Below are positions 50,326-62,399 of a stretch of 64,000 nucleotides of DNA, piece after piece (positions within the stretch are counted from its first letter, which is position 1; every line of letters starts with the position of its first letter). The notes under the pieces are model-generated. The model saw only the letters and a program-made list of their open reading frames with translations, was not told the DNA's origin and made no database searches. Source of the stretch: Callorhinchus milii (taxonomy: Eukaryota); contig NW_024704755.1 in NCBI RefSeq assembly GCF_018977255.1, forward strand, positions 15,748,001 through 15,812,000. Reading direction: 5' to 3'. Both the position numbers and the translations under genes were made by a program.

Positions 50326-51784
50326 AGGTAACACATTCATTGCTTTAAGTAACCATTTGGTGTAATTTCAAAGTATTTGCAGTAGGTAGAATAACTGTCG
50401 GTTCAGAAATGAGAAGTATATGATCATCGTTGTTAAAATATTCTGTGACTTTATTTTAGAGTCAGCTAGAGTATGGATACCTTAGGTATTAATGTGGCTC
50501 AGCAAGTGCTGGCAAGCCACTGAGTCGGAAACAGAATCGAAGCCTCACGTCGGGACTTTGAAGTCTCAGATGATACAATGCAATTCTGGGTGGGGGTCAG
50601 GGGGTGTTTACATTATTGGAAATGTCATCATTCGAATGAGTTATGCGAGACTGAGGTATCCTCTGTCTGTTTAGATGGTGTTTGTCTGATGGTTATTCTT
50701 TGACGTTATTCTCCGTTTTTATTTTTGATTTATTTTTGCTTGTCTGTCCTGCCTGCCTATCATTTGAAGACAAGTCATAATCATTTACAAGTAACATTTA
50801 TCTTATCAGATCTTGCCAGAATTGAAATTCTAACATATTTTCAATGAAGTAGCAATATGACCAATGAAACAGAAATTGTTGCGGAAACTCAAAAGACATT
50901 TTCTTAATGTAATTGTGTTTGATAATAATTCAATTAATTTATAGCACAGCCCAGATAAATGATGTCCTTGTCTGACTTTATATGAAAGCAGTAATTTGTG
51001 AATCCAATATTAGGATTAATAGATTAGCAAGATTCATAACTACATTCTTTTATTATAGGGAAAGAGATGAAAAGTGCCTGACTGTAAGAAGACAGAAAAA
51101 CTGAGGGAAAGTATTGAAAACGAATCGAGAAAAAAGGCGGAACAAATAGTCTGAATGGCAGCAAGCCATCATTATTGCTACTCATCTTCTATTTACTTAA
51201 ACTGCATCTGATAATCCTGATATATGATATAACGCTTTTCATGTTGGGAGAATGTCTCACAGTGCTGCATAGGATGTAATGTGAAGGGTAGTTCAAGTGC
51301 ATCTTTTGGTGAACTCTGTCTTTTGAATGTTTTTCTAAGCTCTGTGCAATACTGCGTGTCAAAGAGAAACATGTTTGCAAATGTGTAACGATTGTTCAAA
51401 AAAATGTAAAGATTACTTATAAACATCCGTGGAGTGTGATATCTAATATTGCAGATGTTGTACGGTCCATCTCGTTTTTTATTAATTATCATGAATTATG
51501 ATAAAAAATGTATTAGCTAACTAGACGTTTCAATTTATTCAAAACTGAATGTTCTCTCTTCATTAAGGATGACATTTTTTTTACCAGTAATATGTGCTTT
51601 GCTAATACCAAATATTCCAGTCTTCCCTTTTCCTTTTCTAATGTACCACTCCTGTAGGTGAAAGGGAAAGTTGTTTGGCAGTACATGTGTTTTATTTGCT
51701 TAAAACACCATCATATGCTGCACCTGAAAAGGAGAGATTGTGGGAAAACTGAGAAAATCAATGCCCTGGGCCAATGGAGACACT

Positions 51785-52340
51785 TAATCCCAATCTACTC
51801 TATCAAAATCTCTCATAATTTTGAACATCTCTTTTGAATCTCCCCTTAACCTTCTCTGCTCTTAGGAGAACACTCCCAGTTTCTCTAGTCTCTCCACATA
51901 ACTAAGGTCCCCCATCCCTGGTACCGTTCTGGTAAATCTCCTTTGACACTCCCCAAGTACTTGATATCCTTCCTGAAGCATAATGCCTAGAATTAGACAC
52001 AATACTCCAGCTGAGACCTAACAACAACATTTAATGAAAGTATGTATGAGGGTTTCGGCGACCTGCGGTGTGAGACAGTGGCAGAGCCGAGTGATGTGGC
52101 AGAGGAGGGGGAAGGCGGAGTGGGTCATGGAACGGATGTGGGGTAGAAAGGATAGTTGATGGTCAAACAAAATGCGAAGGTTCTGGACTGGCTTAGCAAG
52201 GTGGATGGTGCTGTCAGCGCCTGAGGTGAGGAAGCGCTGACCGGAGCCAATCAGGAGAGCCTCGGTCTTGTTGACGTTCAACTGAAGAAAATTAGCTCTC
52301 ATCCAGGACTTGATGTCCAACAGACATTCTAACCAATGAT
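51785..52340 (-). mobile_element. CR1 3' fragment (~51785-52020) next to an L2 fragment (~52030-52340)
   Basis: Minus-strand CR1 ORF2 end; L2 [25 protein letters not shown]. Confidence 0.75.
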
Positions 52341-52560
52341 TTATAAAGGTTTTGTAGTACTTTCTCACTTTTGTACTCTATGACTCTATTTATAAAGCCA
52401 GACAAATGTCTTTGCAAATGTCATCCAACCCAACGAACCAATCTCATGAGCCGATGCACACAGGAAATCAAACGTCACTGCCACTTATCTCATCTTAAGC
52501 AACAGCAATTACTTTTTACAGATCAGCAACAGCTTCAGTTAGTCTCAGTGGAAAATCAGA

Positions 52561-52615
52561 ATGTTGGCGATTCTCGTGTTTCACCGTCTATGTCTAATAG
52601 GAATAATTTCTAAAG
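52561..52615 (+). CDS. G6 exon 1, leader (MLAILVFHRLCLIGIISK)
   Basis: ATG..g|gtttgt, phase 1, 55 nt. Confidence 0.85.
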
Positions 52616-53174
52616 GTTTGTGGTTGAACAACTCAATTTTCTGATAAATAACAAAGATAATGTATTTCTTCTAGTTATATCCATTTATATAAAATCCACT
52701 GTCAGCCTTGCTCAGTTGATGATACTCGCATACTCGAGCCTGAAAGATTATGGGTTCAAGCCCTACGTCAGGACTTAGAACTCATATAACCGAGGCTGAC
52801 ATTCCATTGCAATGCTTGGACCATAAGAAGTGCCGTGAAGAGATGTTAACAATGGAGTTTCCGTCTGCCTGTTCAGGTGGATATTTACAAATCCCTTGGC
52901 CTTTTCATAAAGAGAAGGGTGTTTCCCTCAAATAAGGTTGGTAATGCATATCATGGTTGTTTGTGGTAGATTGCTGTACGCAAATTTTCTGCCTCATATT
53001 TAAATATACAGTTAAACATTTTGCAGTATATTCCGCAAAGCACTTGGAGAGGTGTTTGCAATATTAAGGACGCTAAATCAAAGATGATTAATTCTGTCTC
53101 TATCTTGCTCTGTGTGTATATATCTCATCATTGTGTTTTTGTTTGTAATCAATGTTTTAATTTATTTCTGGCAG

Positions 53175-53495
53175 TAGCTGGTAGAGCTTTGATCGAAGTG
53201 ACCCAATACCCCGAGCACCAGGCTGTAAGCAGAGGTACAGATGTCAAGTTGTACTGTGCCTTCCCTTTCCCTGACCCCAACTCATATGCTAAAGTGCACT
53301 GGTGGAAGCAAGGCGAGAGTCAATACCTGCACAGGAGGCCCGATAAGAGGAAAATATTTGGTTTTGACAGTAAAGCATGTGGTCTATTTCAACTCCTTGA
53401 TGCCACTCTCCAGGACTCTGGAGTCTATCACTGCACACTGAGTATTCAGGGGGAAATGGCAGGAAATGGAACTGGATCACAGCTAACTGTATGTG
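53175..53495 (+). CDS. G6 exon 2, VJ-type V domain
   Basis: As G4 except one residue (F for L); 321 nt. Confidence 0.93.
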
Positions 53496-53901
53496 GTAAG
53501 TGAGAATACAAGTTGTTTCAAGTGTAAAAATCTCAAAACTCTTCAGTGCCTTTATTATGATGTACAGTGAATATTTTACAGATGCAAACGAGGTAGTCAT
53601 ATGCACAGAACCAGGTAAATAATAGATATGTATTTTGGAGGCCAGTTGGCCAGTTGGACACCAGTAAAAACTTCCTTCTGTTTCCAGTAATGCCCCGTTA
53701 CATTTACTATATTTGGTGTCAACTAAAAAGGCAATCATAGTCTTGGTTAACATTTCATCCGCAAACAACACCTTCGACAATATAGTATAAAAATATAAAA
53801 TACAGATAAGACACAATTATAGTGGCATCAAAAACAGAGTACAGTTTAATCCCATAACTGAACCCATGTAACCAGACGTTTCTCCGTTATTTGTTCTACA
53901 G

Positions 53902-54219
53902 TTCCTCCAGATCCGCTGAAGATAGACCGCACAGCTCCTCAGAAAAATTCATCCGCAACTCTGACCCTTGTGTGCAAAACAGCTGCATTTTATCCGGAGA
54001 ATCTGACCCTCACTTGGTATAAAAATGGCACTGAAATTACAACTGGGATAATTACCACAAAGCAACAGAATACGGATGGGCTTTATGAAGTTTCCAGCTC
54101 TTTGGAGGAGACGCAGCCTGTCCAGAGTGGACTTGTTTATACCTGTCGAGTGTCCCATCTTATTAAGCAGACTGCAGAAATTGCTTATATTGTTCCTCCT
54201 CCAGAAGCAGAAAGTAAAG
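53902..54219 (+). CDS. G6 exon 3, C1 domain with GC donor
   Basis: Protein identical to G4 C1; ends aaag|gcaagt. Confidence 0.88.
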
Positions 54220-55553
54220 GCAAGTGGATTAGAGTTAACTATTCTTACTGGAATGTTTCCTTCTTTTATTCTGCATCTTAAAATATAGCCATACAATTTA
54301 CTTCATGTAAAATACCTATAATAACAATTAATAATGCTACATTTGATATAAAGACTTTCACGTCCGGAGAACATCTCAATATTTACAGGTTATATTGTAT
54401 TTTGTAGGCCAACACAGCAAATAATTTGCCCACAACAATGTTCCATAAATAGCCATGAATCGAACGACCAAGTTAATTTGGGGGATTGTTAACCAGAGCA
54501 ACTTCTCTTTTCGAATCGTGCCATGGCAAGTGAATTAGTTAACTATTCTTAGTTAAAAACTATTTTTATAACCTTCTATTAATCCGCACCATAAATTATA
54601 GGCATAATGTTTGCTTCATTTAAACTCCCTATGATAATAAACAATAATCCTCATATTGGATAGAAGTGGCTTTCAAGATAGGAGGATGGCTCATAGCGCT
54701 TCGCATGATGTACTGTAAAGTGTAATGATTGTATTTTTTAAGTGAACACAGCGGACAACAATGTCCCACAAACAACAATAAATAAATTACAAATTATAGA
54801 TGGGGGATTGTTGGTCATGTAACAGGAGAATTCTCTTCTCTTTTAAAATAGTGTCACGGTATCTATCATCCACTTAGGAAATATGAGCTCGAATTAACAT
54901 CCATCCTAAGGACGGTATATATAAATATAAAATACTCATGTTTTAATGGAGAATACATTAACTGCAGGGAATGTAAAACAATATAATTTGCCTCTGGAAA
55001 TGTTAAAATCTCATCCTTGAAAGATTTAACTTGTAATGAATGTGAGTAGGAATTGTTTATTTCCATCCTATGCTATTTGTACGAGTTAATATTATGTATC
55101 ATGTATGTTTTCTCTCAATGGGCTAAATACAGTTATTTGTAAATTGCCCTCAAAGTATATCTGCTCGCAGGCTTATCACAATTATGCTTAGTTCAGAACT
55201 GAACTCAGTATTTCCCCTGAAGCCAGAGCTGAGTTCGGGAGTTGAGTCTATGGGTTACACACACAGGAGCTGTATTTCACATTACCATGACACAGTTTAT
55301 GGAATATTAACAATACAATTAACAACGTATCTGCCTGTCCCTGTCCTTTACACTTCGGTAACAATAAATTAATGACTTATTTTAAACAAGTAAACCGTAC
55401 TCTGCGGGTGAAGGAAGAGACAAATCACTGAAATGTCCCGGTTACCATAATAGAACAAACATGATCGTGAAATCTCCTGAACTGTTTCTTTTCTGGTGAT
55501 GTGTGTACTTATGGAGATTATGAATAATTCTCAACTCTCATCTTTTTTTGTAG

Positions 55554-55643
55554 GGAATCCCAATAATTATTTAAGGATTGCTGGTTGTGTTGTAGGTGGA
55601 CTTGCATTTTTAGTGCTTTTAATAATCATTGGGAAAATGAAAG
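55554..55643 (+). CDS. G6 exon 4, TM (GNPNNYLRIAGCVVGGLAFLVLLIIIGKMK)
   Basis: ttttgtag acceptor, g|gtaaga donor, phase 1-1; 19 uncharged residues after the Arg. Confidence 0.9.
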
Positions 55644-56246
55644 GTAAGAGTTTGAAACTTTTTGTTCCGGTTAGTCGTAAGTGTTTAATTGTAATATAAC
55701 ATTTGAATGAGTAATTGAAACGATGACGCAGAATTAAAAAAATTGAGGAGTAAAATTTTCTTCGGCTCGGCGAAGTTGTTTGTTTTTTCGTAAAACTGCG
55801 TTAAGATTTATAGAATACTGCCGAGTATTCAGAAATACAAAACTCCTCATATTAAGATTGGTAAATCAAATCAGCTGCATTTTTACAGTTCGCAGTTTGT
55901 AGTTTACAACAGATGTATGGAATCTACTCTTGAGGCATGTATAGACAGGTCCGCCCATATTAGAAAGCTTTTTCATCAATGGTAGGCGTGATATTTTGAA
56001 ACCATTATTGCAAAATGTAACTGTAAATATCATGCCTTTTTACATTGAGAAGGTGAGGTGAAGCACTAAGGTTCATAGTGCTGCATACTTTGTTGATAGG
56101 AGAAACAGAAAGAGAGCCAGATAGATTGGGTTAGGTTTTAAGTGCTTGTATGTTTAATTATGAAGGGCGTTGAATTACTTACTAAAATATATTTAGAAAT
56201 AGGAGAGTAGTAAATATTTTATTCAATAAATTTCATTTCTTTTTAG

Positions 56247-56290
56247 GGTTGCACAGGAAACATAATGTATTGGACCATCGTGGCGAGCAG
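56247..56290 (+). CDS. G6 exon 5, 44-nt micro-exon (GLHRKHNVLDHRGEQ)
   Basis: ttttag..cag|gtaatt, phase 1-0; homologous to G1 8960-9003. Confidence 0.85.
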
Positions 56291-56387
56291 GTAATTATAA
56301 TATTTATCCAGTTTGATGTTTCATATCTGAAGTGTGATTAATAAAGTAAAACTTTTTTTTATAATTGAGAATATTGAGAATATTTTG

Positions 56388-56770
56388 AAGGTCTCGTAGC
56401 GCAGTGGTTAGAGGCACTCACCTTACAAGCGAGAGGCACGGGTTTGATTCCCGGGAGGGGCGAAACCTTAAGCAAGTTTTGTTACTCCAGTCCTCTGTTT
56501 ACCTAGCAGTAAGTAAACACTCTTGTTATTTGACTGGCGGATTACTTTCCGGGAGTAATAATCGCTCCAAAATGTTTTTAAAAATTGGTCACTCAATCCA
56601 CAACTGTTTGTGAGGTGAGTGACTGCATGTGCTGTGCGTAACTGATTGCCGTGTTTCGCTCATAATATACACAGTCAATTCACTTTACAAAATCTTATGC
56701 GAAGCGCTTTGGGACAGCTAAACCATGTGATAAGGCACTATATCAAATGCGGGGATTATCATTATATTGT
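56388..56770 (+). mobile_element. tRNA-derived SINE (longer subtype)
   Basis: Head, core, tail. Confidence 0.75.
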
Positions 56771-56958
56771 AATGTATTTCTTGCAAGTCATTACGTTTTG
56801 ACTGTGCAATTCAAACTATGTACACACTGACACGAGGCACCTGTGCAATGTACCGATCATTTGCACACAGCATCACAGGCAAGGAAACTGGAAAACTTCT
56901 TGAAAAACATTCCCAAATATTTGCGTAAAAATTGAAAGTTGCATATTGCGATTTACAG

Positions 56959-57069
56959 GGGGTGCAGGGATCAGATGCTGAGACGGTGGCTTATGTCACA
57001 CTGGATTTGAAAAGATCCAAGAAACATTCAAGACCTAAACATCAAGAGGAGAGTACAGTGTATGCACAG
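56959..57069 (+). CDS. G6 motif exon A, ITIM (VAYVTL) + ITSM (TVYAQ-V/I)
   Basis: tttacag acceptor, 111 nt, phase 0-0; donor gtagag is weak, and read-through stops at 57103. Confidence 0.85.
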
Positions 57070-58138
57070 GTAGAGCTGAAAAACACAAACTCCAGATATA
57101 AATAATTTATCCAACATCAATTATTACCAAAGTAAATAGTTAAAATTGCTTCAGTTGATAAGTTTAAGTTTTTTTTATGTATTGCTGCATTCAGTAATTT
57201 CCCTCCTCAAATCTTCGAGCATCCTATCCAGCACTGAACAGACCTCACATACGGTTACACAGATTGATGTGTGATCCTGGAGCCCAGGCAATGAATAGAG
57301 CAACAGTTGCGTCTCAATGGACGGCCGAGTGGAACCCCTTTTAGTGTATCCCTTTTGAGCAGGACAATTAACAATGGCCACACTGATTAATTCTGCCTTC
57401 TCTCCCACACCAAACTCCGCATACCAATCCTCGCTACACTCCACTGACCCTCTCTCTACCTTGAACTGGTCTATCTTTAAATAGACGTTAAAATCCCTAC
57501 CTCTTCAATAGGACAGAGGAATATAAGATGATGGGAGACTTTGACAGGGTGGAGAAGGAAAAAATATTACTGCGCACTTTGGAACTGGAGGGCATGGTTT
57601 TAGAATCAGAGTTGGGCGGTCCTGAACAGAGATAAGGAAAAACATTTTGGTATAGAAAGTGTTGGGAATGTGGAATTATCTACCACTCATTTTTTGGGGT
57701 GGCAAATAAGTACACCTTCAAACAAGAATGGGCAAATGGTTAAGAGACAATAAAATTGAGCATATTGGAAATGTACGCGAAATACTATATATACAATATG
57801 GGGGGAAACAGAATATGAGATCAGAGATAGGATCTTGGATCAACGCTCATATGGGACCTTAAACACCAGCTACACTGGAATAGCCGTACCAGTTATAAAT
57901 CTATGAAATTTGCTCCCTTTGTTTGGGCCACTCCCTTCACCAGCATTGTCAAGCATTTTGAGGCATTCTCCCGATGTGAATAGTGCTATTTAAAATAAAA
58001 TTGTACTGTGTTGTGGCAGACGGCTGCAGAGTACAAATGCAGCTCTCTCCGCATGAATCTGAGATGGAGATTCTAGTTAGTATTTTGTAGGTTGTTTTCA
58101 AGTTTCCCATCAAGAGTGAACAAAACCAATCATTGCAG

Positions 58139-58255
58139 ATCAAGCAAGGGGTTGCTCCAAACAAGCTGACATATGCTGCTCTAGAATTTTCGGAATCCAA
58201 GAAAACAGGAAAATTCAAACGTATCGACAAGGATACCCAGTATGCTGAAATACAG
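58139..58255 (+). CDS. G6 motif exon B, ITIM (LTYAAL) + ITSM (TQYAEI)
   Basis: In-frame acceptors at 58091 or 58139; donor cag|gtgaga; read-through stops at 58301. Confidence 0.82.
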
Positions 58256-58756
58256 GTGAGAAACTACAGAAGGACAGGGGAGATGTCACAAGGCGCACGC
58301 TGACACAATAATGGAAGTCACATTTAGTGTATCTTTCATAGAGACTGGTTTCACATGTATGTCTGTCTTCCACTGTTATCCTACTTGCGTACCATTGTTT
58401 ATTTCAGCCTGGCTCAGTTGTTAGTACTCTCAGCTAGGGCTGAAATCTGAGATCTATCCCCTTTTGTTTGTTTGATTGCAGAACAATTCACATTTTTACC
58501 AGTCTATGCATTCAGAAATTATCCAACAACCCTCTTTAATTTTCTGTGATTAGTTTAAGGTTGTGCCCGCTACCTAATCATTGGCTGACTATTGGGGAAA
58601 AAATGTATCAGTGTCCATTCAACAAAATACTTAAAATTAAAAAGTTTCCCTGCTTTACTTAACATTTGATTAACACCCACCATTTCATATGAATATATAT
58701 TTAGCACCTACCAAATAATATCATTATGCCTAAACATGGCACATTTTTTTTTACAG

Positions 58757-58792
58757 GTCAATCGAGGGGCATCCAGTAACAGGCTGATGTGA
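58757..58792 (+). CDS. Probable G6 terminal coding exon (VNRGASSNRLM*)
   Basis: Strong (T)n-acag acceptor, phase 0. Confidence 0.5.
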   Translation, partial: VNRGASSNRLM

Positions 58793-59154
58793 TGTAAATT
58801 TGCCCCACTCCAAGAAAATAGGAAAGCCTTATCGACAAGAATAGTATGCCGAGGTACAGATGAGGAACAGCAGCGGAGCAGAAACATCCATAGAGAACCA
58901 AATGCCCCAAAATGTTCCAATCTTTGTGCAGATTCTGATTGTTCAAGCAAAATAGTTGTAGTTCCCTACTGTATGGAGAAATGACTATAGTAGCCCTGTG
59001 TTGCTAATCCATTAGCATCTCTCAAGCACAACCGTAGTTATTATTATTTTAAGTATTTTAAGACGCTTCTTGTAGAAAAAAGCATCTTACTTATATTCCT
59101 TCTATTACTGTGTATAATATTAACCCGAGGTCTTTAAACTTAAATTGATACTCG

Positions 59155-59468
59155 GAGTCCTGTAGCTCAGTGGTTAGAACACTCGCCTCACAAGCGAGAG
59201 ACCTGGGTTCGATTCCGGGCAGGGCGAAACTTTGGGAAAGTTTCCTTACTCTACACGCTTGATAATAACCCTTCAAGAAGAAAACAATAATGATAATTTG
59301 GTCACTCAATCCATGACTGTTTGTGGGATACTGCTGTGTGCAATCGGCTGCAGCATTTCACCCACAAAATATGCAGTCAATTCACTTTACAGTATATTCT
59401 GTTAAGCGGTTTGCGAAGTCTTGAAGACATTAAAAGCACTATATCAAAATGCAAGGATTATTATTATT
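59155..59468 (+). mobile_element. tRNA-derived SINE with intact A/B boxes
   Basis: gagtcctgtagctcagtggttagaac..gggttcgattcc, core, tail. Confidence 0.88.
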
Positions 59469-59939
59469 AACAAGTGCTTTCTTTAATTACACATAGTCGT
59501 TATTACGCAACAACCATACTTATACAAAAATAATCTGTTTATATGTGTTTGACAAAATGCTATATCGTATTTGCCAACTTTTTAATGAAGAACAATTATG
59601 AAGATTGTATTTTTCTCCTTTAGTGCCCTTTCAATATTCACAAAGTAACAATTAGTATGGGTTAACTTCAAACTCAATTAACAAAATATGGCGGAATTCT
59701 TCTTTTGCAGTGAAAATGTTAAAGTGTGGGCGTTCTACTGTTCACACATCTACTAAAGTGTACCGAACAGGAAACAAATGAGATTTCACCTTTGTTGTTT
59801 CTGCGGCTTATGACAGTAATACTAAATAATTCCATTACAATCTCTCGCCCTCTCTCAGACTGAATATAAAGTGTGGTTTATTGTTCCCCTAGCTTTTGCA
59901 ATAATTGTTGCTCAGCTTTGATCAGTAGCTATACTATCA

Positions 59940-60700
59940 ATATAACAATGGATACCTGCTCACAGTTCATGTGAGAGCTCACCCTGAATATCGTGTGGTT
60001 ATTAAGTTTAGTGGAGGAGGAGGTGATCATAAGCACGGGCGAAAAGGAAGGTTTTGAGGCACGACTTCAAAAAGGTGAGAGAGGGAGCAAGCCGGAAGGA
60101 TTGAGGGAGAGTGTTCCAGAATTTTGGGGCAGAGCGGCTGAAAGTGCAACCTCCAATGGTGGAGCGGAGGGTGCGAGGGACAAGCAGTAGGCCAGTGCCA
60201 GTCAAGCGGAGGTGGCGGATTGGGGAGTGAGGATGTCGGAGAGATAGGGAGGTTCCAGGCAGTTAAGGGATTTGAACATGAGTGTGAGGATCTTGAAGTT
60301 GATCTGTTCGGTGTTGGGGAGCCAGTGGAGCCTGGCTATGTATGGTATGTGGGGGATGAAGGACAGCTGGGGGTCGTACCAGATGCCTAGATTGCGCAAT
60401 GGCTCAGAGAGTCTGAGGGAGAACCCAGGGAGGTTGAGGAGTTCAGAGTTCACTCCACAGGAGTGAAGACTTTGACAGGAGCCAACAAGGTTTCTGTACT
60501 GTCCACGTTAAGCTGCAGGAAGTTTGCGCTCATCCATGCCCTGATGCCTACCAGACATGCTTGTAGAACATCTGCGGACCTGGAGTCGATACTGGAGGAG
60601 GCAAAGTAGATTTGTTTGTCATCCACATGCATGTGGAGGTTTACCCCATGTTTGCAGATGGCTTTGCCAAGAGGGAGTGAATAGATGTGAAGTGGTGCAA
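59940..60700 (-). mobile_element. L2-type LINE fragment
   Basis: Minus strand IRAWMSANFLQLNVD, LHWLPNTEQINFKILTL, LLLVPRTL. Confidence 0.8.
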
Positions 60701-62399
60701 CTGCATTTCAAATGTGTAAAATAAATACCAGTTGATTTACTGATTTACACTGCTATCTGCTGATTTATTAAGTGTTGAAACACTAATATTTATGGTTTCC
60801 ACCACGTCAATAAAGAAATGGAAGTGTCCACCTCAGAAAAGAAATAAGCTCCGCCCTCTGCTGTGGGAAGGGGAAACGATTAACCAGACATTCAGTTATC
60901 AGCCTCTTTATTTTCTCTGCAAATAACTTTGCAATCTAATACTTCACAGCTCAACAGTCTGCTCAGACAGCATTATATAAGATCGTTGAAGACATTGAGC
61001 CACTCGTATAACACCTTGTATAAGACCCTGCTGTTTTAAAGAAAAAATGCTGACATGCTCCATTCTAGGAAGGATGGTTATTAAGACAGTTGCAAACCAT
61101 AACCAAGTGAAAGATGCAAAGTCTAAAGAGGGGATAGAATTAATAAAAGAGAGAAAGGCGGTTCTTAATACAGAAGAAAAGAAACAATTATAATTTAGAT
61201 TATTGAAATTACTGTTGAAGAATTCTTTCAATTTTATAATAATCATATAATTTGATACAGTACCAATAACACAATAAATGGTTCAAAGGCAATTATTGTC
61301 AAGTGCATTGTGCAGTTGTAGGGCACCTCCGGAATCATATTTCCCACAGTAGGATATCACGAGTATTCAATATGTTAAGAAGATTGTTGGTCAACATATT
61401 GGGAAAAAGATCTTCATTGAAACAGAATCGTAGAGTGCACCTGACAGAAATCAATTTATCATTTTAGCTGCAGAGTATGAGCTCAGGTCCAAGCATTGTA
61501 TTTGAACAGCCAACCTGCTCCTCCAGAGAGAGGAATGCTTCAAACTGAGCTAAGCTTATACTTAAATCACAACTTTATCTATCTCCAAATTATCACTTTC
61601 CCTCTTGACACAAATGTAATTCTACTCTCCACCCTGCGGTGGTCACCACATGAGTGCATGTACATTGCCTGTTCTTCTCTACAAGACCAACTCTGTTTCG
61701 GAAGTCACATCAGAACAACGATTTTTATTGGTGAATTTATGTTTCTTTCACAGTGCAATAAATGAACTATAGAGGTTGGCAAACTACAAACTACAACAAG
61801 TGAGTTAGATTTGTTGTCTATAATTGCATTGCCACTCTTCCTTCTTAGAATTGTGGATACCTCATTGAAAAAACGAATACTGAAGTTTAAAGGAAGTACT
61901 GACAATTCATAAAACGACTGATGCTGTGGCAGGGTCTGCAGCGCCAACCTGTGGTATTTCGAGGGAAAAGGAGCATTTGTGGTGGATGTACGTTCAAACC
62001 CCACATTATTTCCTTCAATCACCAGCTGGTCAGTTGTATTAATAATAATCCTCTTATGCATCATTACAACAACAACAACTTGCACTTGTATAGTGCCCTC
62101 CATATGGGGTAGTGTCTTAGAGCGCTTAACAATGGTGGGGCTTGACTCTGAGCTGAGGGTGCGGGGTTGGGGGAAGGTAGCCATAAGCACGGTCGAAGAG
62201 GAAGGTTAAGTCATAAACTCTCAAAGCGCTCTGCAGAAATTACTGTTATGTGTGTATTTGAAGGCAAGTTTGTATATGTTCCTTGATAAATTGCTCCCAG
62301 TTAAATCAACAGAACCATGTAGACCACTATTTAGTGCATATTCTAACATTAATTAGAAAGTACTCCCAAAATCCGTAGACAAAAGATTATCTTCTGAAG

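Noticed and set aside
53289-54296. Minus-strand ORFs of 175 and 115 aa (and their G4 counterparts)
   Set aside because: Antisense shadows of V/C1 exons, repeated only because the block is duplicated
59155-59230. tRNA-like sequences at SINE heads (also 33055, 42638, 43764, 47070, 56388)
   Set aside because: They have A/B boxes but no proper acceptor stem, and each continues into the same SINE core and tail
61749-61790. cacagtg heptamer, possible RSS (also ~32793)
   Set aside because: No nonamer at 12/23 spacing and no adjacent V, D or J segment
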